Part shown: positions 61,657 through 64,000 of the stretch, piece after piece
Layout: every line of letters starts with the position of its first letter
Position numbering within the stretch: the first letter of the stretch is position 1
Assembly (NCBI GenBank): GCA_023213395.1
Contig: CM041465.1
Location: 225,253,741-225,317,740 of the forward strand
Length of the DNA stretch: 64,000 nt
Reading direction: 5' to 3'
Source: Cycas panzhihuaensis
Lineage: Eukaryota; Plantae; Cycadophyta
Position numbers and translations under genes: made by a program
Notes under the pieces: model-generated
Seen by the model: only the letters and a program-made list of their open reading frames with translations
Databases searched by the model: none
What the model was told of the DNA's origin: nothing

Positions 61657-63300
61657 TGTTGGAGTTAATCATCATCACTCCACTCCCATCTTTCCAACCA
61701 GGATTGTACACCTCATCAACTTTAATTTAGACATGTGATGCTCAACATGTCGAGGTAAGTTAAGGTAAGTTTAACTTTGATTTATGTTAAGTTGAGTTAG
61801 TTTCATTTGAGTTAAGTTAACATTATTTTATTATTATTTTGAATTCAGGGATTGAGGAGTTTCCCTTCTCCTCCAAATTATAAATATTGAGGGGTGTGCA
61901 ACCCTGTTGTCTTTAGACACCACCTCCAACATTAGACATTTATATTACTCTTTTCTAGTACAATGGATTGAACAACAATGCTTTTATAGTTTATGCTATT
62001 GTGATTATGATACATTGATGTATTGATGCTATATTGATTTATGATTATTTGATATGTTCTGCCATGTTCTCCTGCAAATATATTTTTCCTACATTTGGTA
62101 TCAGAGCTACTTGGGGCTACATTTTTTTTTTTCCTACATTTGGTATGAGAGCAAGGTTATTGCTAATCTGTGAAGTTTTTGTTGAAGAAAAAAAGAGATT
62201 TACTCGTGTTTGAAGCAGATTTGCTCACAACAATAAATATTCAGTTATATTCATTTTTCTACAAAATTTTAACAAGTTTTATATATTATTTCAGTAGATT
62301 TTGATTATTATTGAGCTATATTTCTGGTATAACAAATATTTCTCAGATCTATTTTCAGATTTATGTAGATCTACGCAGGATTTCAGCAGCAAGCCATATT
62401 TGCTAAAGTCCTTTTCTTAGATTTGAGCCATATTTCTTCAATTCTACATATTTTATCTTATATTTCATCATTATTTCAGCAACAAGTTATATATATTCAA
62501 GTTTTTTCTCATATTTGAGTTTTTTTTTTTTTCAGATCTACAGTTTTTATCCTATATTTAAAAATTTTCAAGTTTATTAGTCTATTTTATCTAATATTTT
62601 TCACATATCTACAAAGAATATTAGTTGCATGCAAGCTTCATACTGTTTTTTCTTCAAGATCTATAAATTTTACTTCAAAATCTACCATATTTTTCTCAGA
62701 TCTGGTATATTTTACTTCAAATCTGCTTGTTTCAGGAAGTATTACAACATTTTTTAGTATAGTTATTTTAGATCTGTAATATTTACTTCAGATCTGCCAT
62801 AGTTTTTTTTCCAGATCTGTTACATATTTTTCCATATCTACTATAGATCTGTTTATTTTAGTAAATTTTCACTATTTTTCTGGTATATTCTTTCAGATCT
62901 GTAATTTTTGGCTATAGATCTGCTATGCTTAGGTTAGATCTACAATATTTACACTATTTTTTCAGATCTACTGGTTTTCACTTTAGATCTGCTATATTTC
63001 ATTTTATATCTGTAATTTTCATCATATATTTGACTATATTTTCAAGTTTTGTTTTTCAGATCTGCAGGTTTTTGGTGTATATTCAGCCTAAAAGGCCGCT
63101 TAAAGAAGTTGTATTACAACTCTTATTGTCTATTTCGCTATTTTCTTCAGATTTTAGGTAGCTATAACATATCTACAAAATATTGGTTTGATTATTCATA
63201 TTTAAATCTCAAACTTCATACATTATAAAGTTTATTTATTTAAAATTTTCATATTATTTCTTATTTTCACGTTTTTTATTTTTCTATTTTTTTGGGCGAC
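61657..63300 (+). mobile_element. 5' LTR (about 61657-62093), iMet PBS and AGATCT-rich leader of another LTR element
   Basis: TGTTGGAG...CCTACA then TGGTATCAGAGC at 62096-62107. The left boundary is inferred because the partner LTR lies outside the window. Confidence 0.6.
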
Positions 63301-63301
63301 T

Positions 63302-64000
63302 TGATCCTTGCTTTGACAAACTTATGCAACAGATCTATCACCCAAAACCCTAGCAAGTGACATGGACCGTTCCTTCTCAGAAATCTGGGCTCGTAGAAGT
63401 GATTATTAGCAAAAATGAAGCCAAATAACACGAATGCACAAGCAGATCATAGAAAATAAATCAACAAAATGAGTACCGAAGCACTTTCTCCTTTAAAGAT
63501 ATCATACTCAATAACATTACGAGTGGTTTAACCCTTTAAATACATGAGTAAGGGTCTTCATCCTTAATGATTCTATTGGTGGCCCTAACGGCCCTACATC
63601 TTATTGGACGATTTAGCGGTCCATACAAATAACTCTATTGGTGGCCCTAGTGGCCTTACATCTTATTGGATGACTTAGCGGTCCATACACATAACTGACT
63701 AAACCCCTTAATCCTTATTTGTTGGTGGTTCCCTTTTGCTAAGGAAAGGTAGGGTTATGTTACAGGTCCCCCCCCCTTTGAGACGATGAGTCCCCGCAGC
63801 GTTGGAGATGAGGATGTTTCTGGATGAACTCTTTCGACTCCCAAGTAGCTTCATCAGCATCGCAGTTGACCCACTGTACCAAGTGTTCAGAAATAGTGCA
63901 ATTCCGGAGGCGGCGCTGGCGACTGGCAAGGATTTTATCAGGAGGAACTGTAGGAGTTTGTTCTTCAAAGAGAATGGGAAGGGTTGTGTGGGGTGTAACT
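63302..64000 (-). mobile_element. 3' end of a younger chromovirus: chromodomain, PPT and 3' LTR (about 63302-63764)
   Basis: Open frame PDKILASRQRRLRNCTISEHLVQWVNCDADEATWESKEFIQKHPH, then a poly-G PPT (63768-63779) and TGTAAC at 63764. The LTR has an internal 62-bp tandem duplication (about 63573-63695). The left end is approximate. Confidence 0.85.

Overview
Plant nuclear DNA, almost entirely old, mostly decayed retrotransposons. A large-genome, probably non-angiosperm plant is an inference from the Tat element layouts. One intact host gene is present and is not shown as a unit by the ORF track: a 4-exon dormancy-associated/auxin-repressed (DRM1/ARP family) gene at 16630-18311 (+), with a G-box/TTATCC-rich promoter. 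Left of it lie a copia 3' end nested in a Tat-type gypsy remnant (extra archaeal-type RNase H between protease and RT) and LINE remnants. Right of it is a 35.6-kb nest. An old chromovirus (25495-61087, TSD GATTG) contains a 17-kb Tat element with 2.8-kb LTRs (27671-44813, -), a copia (45509-52531, -, TSD TATTT) and a gag-protease-only LTR element (55695-60073, +, TSD TTTCC). Two more LTR elements begin at the right edge. The most interesting structure is in the Tat element's 3' region: a divergent two-gene accessory cassette around one palindromic TATA box. It holds a spliced antisense Plant Mobile Domain (MAIN/MAIL-like) gene and a stand-alone archaeal-type RNase H detached from pol. Domain calls come from motif recognition by eye and identity values are hand estimates; no searches were run.
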